Shown: positions 32,393 through 35,898 of the stretch, piece after piece | Numbering within the stretch: the first letter of the stretch is position 1 | How the letters are laid out: every line of letters starts with the position of its first letter | DNA from: an uncultured bacterium | Lineage (GTDB): Bacteria > Patescibacteriota > Minisyncoccia > Minisyncoccales > CBDVAW01 | Assembly: GCA_965372095.1 (NCBI GenBank) | Contig: CBDVAW010000001.1 | Location: 1 to 35,898, forward strand | Direction of reading: 5' to 3' | DNA: 35,898 bases | Translations under genes and position numbers: made by a program | The notes under the pieces: model-generated | What the model saw: only the letters and a program-made list of their open reading frames with translations | What the model was told of the DNA's origin: nothing | The model's database searches: none

Positions 32393-32824
32393 ATGTTTAT
32401 AGGAGAATACTCTCACACCATAGACAGTAAAAAAAGATTGGCTATCCCTGCTAAATTCAGGACTCTTTTAGGTAAGAAAGCAATAATAACCAGAGGACTT
32501 GATAACTGTTTATTTCTTTACACCGTGAAAGAATGGCAAGTCTTGGCTAAAAAACTAAGCCAACTGCCTCTTGCCCAAGCTGACGCCAGGGGATTTGGCA
32601 GAATAATGCTCGCAGGTGCTATGGAAGTAACAATTGACAGCCTTGGAAGAATTCTTGTTCCCGACTACTTAAAGAAATTCGCCGGACTTACCAAAAAAGC
32701 TGTTGTTGCAGGCCTATATAGTAGAATTGAAATTTGGGACGAAGACAAGTGGTTAAAATATAACAAAAAGACGGAACAAGAAGTGGGAGATATCGCTGAA
32801 AGGCTTAAAGAATTGGGAATATAA
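32393..32824 (+). CDS. mraZ: transcriptional regulator MraZ
   Basis: MFIGEYSHTIDSKKRLAIPAKFR... with a second SpoVT/AbrB-like repeat (..IDSLGRILVPDYL). Confidence 0.9.
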   Translation: MFIGEYSHTIDSKKRLAIPAKFRTLLGKKAIITRGLDNCLFLYTVKEWQVLAKKLSQLPLAQADARGFGRIMLAGAMEVTIDSLGRILVPDYLKKFAGLTKKAVVAGLYSRIEIWDEDKWLKYNKKTEQEVGDIAERLKELGI

Positions 32825-32829
32825 GAAAA

Positions 32830-33726
32830 ATGCATATACCTGTTCTTAAAAAAGAAGTTTTAGAACACTTGGACCCAAAGCCGAATGAAACATTTATTGA
32901 TTGCACGGCAGGGGAAGGAGGACACTCTCTGGCCATTCTTGAAAAGAACGGTCCGAAAGGAAAGGTCCTTGCTATTGATCAAAGCGCGGAACTGTTAGAA
33001 AAAATAAGGTCTAAATTAAAAAACACAGAATATCAAAACAGATTAATTCTTGTTCAAGACAACTTTGTTAATTTAAAAAAGATTATTGAAAAAGAAAATA
33101 TAGGACAGATCAATGGAATTCTAATGGATCTGGGGATATCAAGCTGGCATTTTGAAGAAAGCAAAGGAGGATTTACTTTTTTAAAAGACGAAAAGCTGGA
33201 TATGAGGCATGGCGGCAAAGATCAGGACGGCATTACAGCCGAAGAAATTATTAATGAATGGCCGGAAAATGATATAGAAGAAATTTTAACAGAATACGGC
33301 GAAGAGCATATCGCCAGAAATATTGTCCGAGAGATCGTAAAGACGCGCAAGACCCGGCGCATAGAAACAACTTTTGAACTTATAAAAATTATTCAGCAAG
33401 CCGTCCCGCGACGATACGGGCGAAAAAAAATACATTATGCCACAAGAACATTCCAAGCCTTGAGAATAGCAGTTAATAAAGAGCTGGAAAATCTTAAGAA
33501 AACACTTCCGCAAGCGCAAGATATTCTAACTGTAAATGGGAAACTGGTTGTGATCTCCTTCCATTCATTGGAAGACAGAATCGTAAAAATATTCTTTAGA
33601 GATCAGGCAAAAAAAGGTCTTCTTAAAATAATTACTAAAAAACCAATAACGCCGGACAAAAAAACAGAGCTGGCACACAATCCAAGGGCAAGGTCAGCCA
33701 AATTAAGAACAGCCATTAAAATATGA
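32830..33726 (+). CDS. rsmH: 16S rRNA (cytosine1402-N4)-methyltransferase
   Basis: HIPVLKKEVLEHL, DCTAGEGGHS, DLGISSWHFE, FHSLEDRIVK and NPRARSAKLR. Confidence 0.9.
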   Translation: MHIPVLKKEVLEHLDPKPNETFIDCTAGEGGHSLAILEKNGPKGKVLAIDQSAELLEKIRSKLKNTEYQNRLILVQDNFVNLKKIIEKENIGQINGILMDLGISSWHFEESKGGFTFLKDEKLDMRHGGKDQDGITAEEIINEWPENDIEEILTEYGEEHIARNIVREIVKTRKTRRIETTFELIKIIQQAVPRRYGRKKIHYATRTFQALRIAVNKELENLKKTLPQAQDILTVNGKLVVISFHSLEDRIVKIFFRDQAKKGLLKIITKKPITPDKKTELAHNPRARSAKLRTAIKI

Positions 33727-34079
33727 ACAATACTCTAACCATTTCCAACACCATAGTTTCCGTTAAAAAACGCGCTACAGCCATTAGGCCGAACATTTCG
33801 TTTAAAAAGGTATATATTACTTTATTTATTTTACTTTCTATTTCAGTGGTCTTGTCTATTGTTCAATTTGGTTCTATGATTAAAGCATCCTATATGTTTA
33901 GCGGGTATGAGAAGCAGTTAGACGATCTAAGCCAACAAAACAGAGCTTTAGAAATTAAATTATCCCAAGCCGGTTCCTTGGGAAGCATTGAAGAACTGGT
34001 TGCGGAATTAGATTATGAAGAAGTTGGAACAATTCAATATATCCGCGTCTTAGAGGACCAGGTAGCAACCAAACAGTAA
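33723..34079 (+). CDS. ftsL: FtsL-like cell-division membrane protein
   Basis: 118 aa. A single TM helix (VYITLFILLSISVVLSIVQF) followed by a coiled-coil segment. Located between rsmH and ftsI. Confidence 0.55.
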   Translation: MNNTLTISNTIVSVKKRATAIRPNISFKKVYITLFILLSISVVLSIVQFGSMIKASYMFSGYEKQLDDLSQQNRALEIKLSQAGSLGSIEELVAELDYEEVGTIQYIRVLEDQVATKQ

Positions 34080-34093
34080 TTATTTTATTCAAT

Positions 34094-35785
34094 ATGAATG
34101 CGAAAAATTGGAGAATTAACCTTGTCTTAGGGTTAATTTTTTTATTATTTTCAATTCTTGGCGGCCGCTTGTATTATTTACAGGTCGTAAAAGGGGGTTT
34201 TTACCAAGCCATGGCGAAAGGTCAGCAAATATTCTTGGGAGAAATAACAGACAGCCGCGGCGAAATCTTCTTACAGGACAGAAAAAAACAAACATACGCT
34301 TTGGCAATTAACCAATCACACAGTCTTTGCTATATCGCGCCCAACGAAATTGAACAAAAATACAAAACCGCGCAAGCTTTAAACAAAGTGCTTAATATAG
34401 AACAAGAGCATATTTTAAGCAGAATAGAAAAAGAAGACAGTTTTTATGAAATTATCAAGAAAGATTTAAACCGGGAAGAAGTAAACAAACTGAAAGAATT
34501 AAATCTGCCGGGAGTCTTTCTCGGAGAAGAGATATTGCGCTATTATCCTCAAAAAACTTTAGCCGCCCATATAGTGGGGTTTTTGGGCGGAGAGCAGACC
34601 GGACAGTATGGCCTGGAAGGTTATTATAATGAAGTCCTGTTAGGCGAGAAACGGATAATTAAAGGAGAAAAAGGTCCTAAAGGATTTGTTCTGTTCGGAA
34701 TAGAGAATATCATCTCTCCAAGAGTGGAAACAGACATCATTCTGACAGTTGACTATAATATCCAGTATATGGCCGAGAAACTGCTCAAAAACGCAAATGA
34801 AGATCTGGATATAGAAGAGGGAACTATTATTGTGGCAGACCCAAGAACCGGTGCTATACTGGCAATGGCAAATTGGCCAAGTTTTGACCCTAATGAATAT
34901 CAGAAAGAAGAAAACCTTGAAATTTTTAAAAACCCGGCAACCCAAAAACTCTTTGAGCCCGGATCAATATTTAAACCGCTCACTATGGCAGCCGCTATAA
35001 ACACAGGCAAGGTTACGCCCGAAACAACATATATTGACGAAGGAAAGTTAAAAATAGGGGGATATACGATTACAAACTACAACAATAAAACTTGGGGAGA
35101 AATGTCAATGACGGGAGTTTTGGAAAGATCCATTAATACGGGAGCGGTTTTCGCGGGACGCGAACTGGGCCATAAATCATTCTTAGAATATAGTGAAAGA
35201 TTCGGGCTTTTTGCTCGGACAGATATTGACCTACAGGGAGAAACTTTTTCCAATAATAGCAACTTAAAAAAAGGATATGAGATTAATTTCGCCACTGCCA
35301 GTTTTGGCCAAGGGATAGAAGTCACACCGATCCAGCTGATACAGGCTTTTTCAGCCATTGCCAATGGAGGAAAGGCAACTAAACCGTTTATGGTGGAAAA
35401 AATAGCAAAGGGGATTAAAGAAGAAGTCATAACCAAATCTCAAACCAATGGACAAATTATTTCCCAGAAAACAGCTTCTGAACTAACCTCTATGCTTGTG
35501 AGTGTTTTGGAAAACGGGTATGGCCAAAAGGCGAATGTAGAAGGTTATTACATAGCCGGCAAGACGGGAACGGCCCAAGTCCCGAAAAAAGACAGTAAAG
35601 GATACGACCTTTATCAAACCATTCAGAGCTTTATCGGATTTGCTCCGGCTTACAACCCGCAATTTTTAATACTGGTTAAACTCAACAACCCTGCAACCAA
35701 ATCAGCCAGCGAATCCGCCGCTCCGGTTTTTCACGAATTGGCCAAATATATTATTGATTACTACCAAATTCCTCCGGATTATTGA
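34094..35785 (+). CDS. ftsI: class B penicillin-binding protein (FtsI/PBP2-type transpeptidase)
   Basis: N-terminal TM helix, PBP dimer domain, and transpeptidase motifs SIFKP (SxxK), SINT (SxN) and KTGTA. Confidence 0.85.
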   Translation: MNAKNWRINLVLGLIFLLFSILGGRLYYLQVVKGGFYQAMAKGQQIFLGEITDSRGEIFLQDRKKQTYALAINQSHSLCYIAPNEIEQKYKTAQALNKVLNIEQEHILSRIEKEDSFYEIIKKDLNREEVNKLKELNLPGVFLGEEILRYYPQKTLAAHIVGFLGGEQTGQYGLEGYYNEVLLGEKRIIKGEKGPKGFVLFGIENIISPRVETDIILTVDYNIQYMAEKLLKNANEDLDIEEGTIIVADPRTGAILAMANWPSFDPNEYQKEENLEIFKNPATQKLFEPGSIFKPLTMAAAINTGKVTPETTYIDEGKLKIGGYTITNYNNKTWGEMSMTGVLERSINTGAVFAGRELGHKSFLEYSERFGLFARTDIDLQGETFSNNSNLKKGYEINFATASFGQGIEVTPIQLIQAFSAIANGGKATKPFMVEKIAKGIKEEVITKSQTNGQIISQKTASELTSMLVSVLENGYGQKANVEGYYIAGKTGTAQVPKKDSKGYDLYQTIQSFIGFAPAYNPQFLILVKLNNPATKSASESAAPVFHELAKYIIDYYQIPPDY

Positions 35786-35825
35786 TTATTTTCCTCAACT
35801 AACTTAAACTAAAAACAGCCAAAAC

Positions 35826-35898
35826 GGCCCCATCGTCTAGCGGCTAGGACGCCAGGTTCTCATCCTGGTAACAGGGGTTCGATTCCCCTTGGGGTCAC
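35826..35898 (+). tRNA. tRNA-Glu (anticodon CUC), running to the window edge
   Basis: ggcccca-tc-gtc-tagcggctag-gac-g-ccagg-ttCTCat-cctgg-taac-agggg-ttcgatt-cccct-tggggtc-a. Architecture matches canonical bacterial tRNA-Glu. Confidence 0.85.

Overview
AT-rich bacterial fragment that uses the standard genetic code: TGA acts as a stop in three ATGA stop/start overlaps. By inference it comes from a small-genome Patescibacteria/CPR-like organism. The window has two halves.

(1) Bases 1 to about 16,000 form an accessory island that looks more G+C-rich by eye (not computed). It encodes paralogous, membrane-anchored or secreted surface-fibre-like proteins:
- a fibre/beta-helix chimera (533-3211);
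- three genes sharing a TM-'AWTEPT..PP..N' N-terminal module (5716, 7716, 8425);
- three genes with a Trp-rich 'G[WY]AWSENIGWISxN' repeat plus PKD-like ends (3624, 9302, 12558);
- small 'RFTAP'x3 anchor proteins;
- a Cys-rich protein with a C-type-lectin-like '...GFRLVVRP' end.

The island also holds two AbiEii-like nucleotidyltransferase two-gene (TA-like) cassettes, a decayed NYN-domain gene and a GC-rich palindromic repeat element. It shows much evidence of recent recombination. This includes a 311-bp duplication in which I saw no mismatch, offset by exactly 2,000 bp, a truncation/fusion junction, a 3 x 645-bp tandem coding repeat, mosaic paralogs and several orphan 3' gene fragments.

(2) Bases about 16,000 to 35,898 are conserved housekeeping genes: rpmF-nusB-rnc-rpsP-KH-trmD, tRNA-Thr(GGU), rpmG, tRNA-Trp(CCA), def, pcm, mltG, a DJ-1/PfpI protein, rplJ-rplL, a minus-strand membrane protein, tRNA-Val(CAC), a PHP phosphoesterase, a polytopic membrane protein, a membrane-anchored double-AAA+ Clp-like ATPase, then mraZ-rsmH-ftsL-ftsI and tRNA-Glu(CUC).

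I found no CRISPR array, rRNA, integrase/transposase or reverse transcriptase. The most interesting candidate system is the surface-fibre island as a possible cassette-recombination (surface variation) locus. This is a hypothesis, not a demonstrated function.
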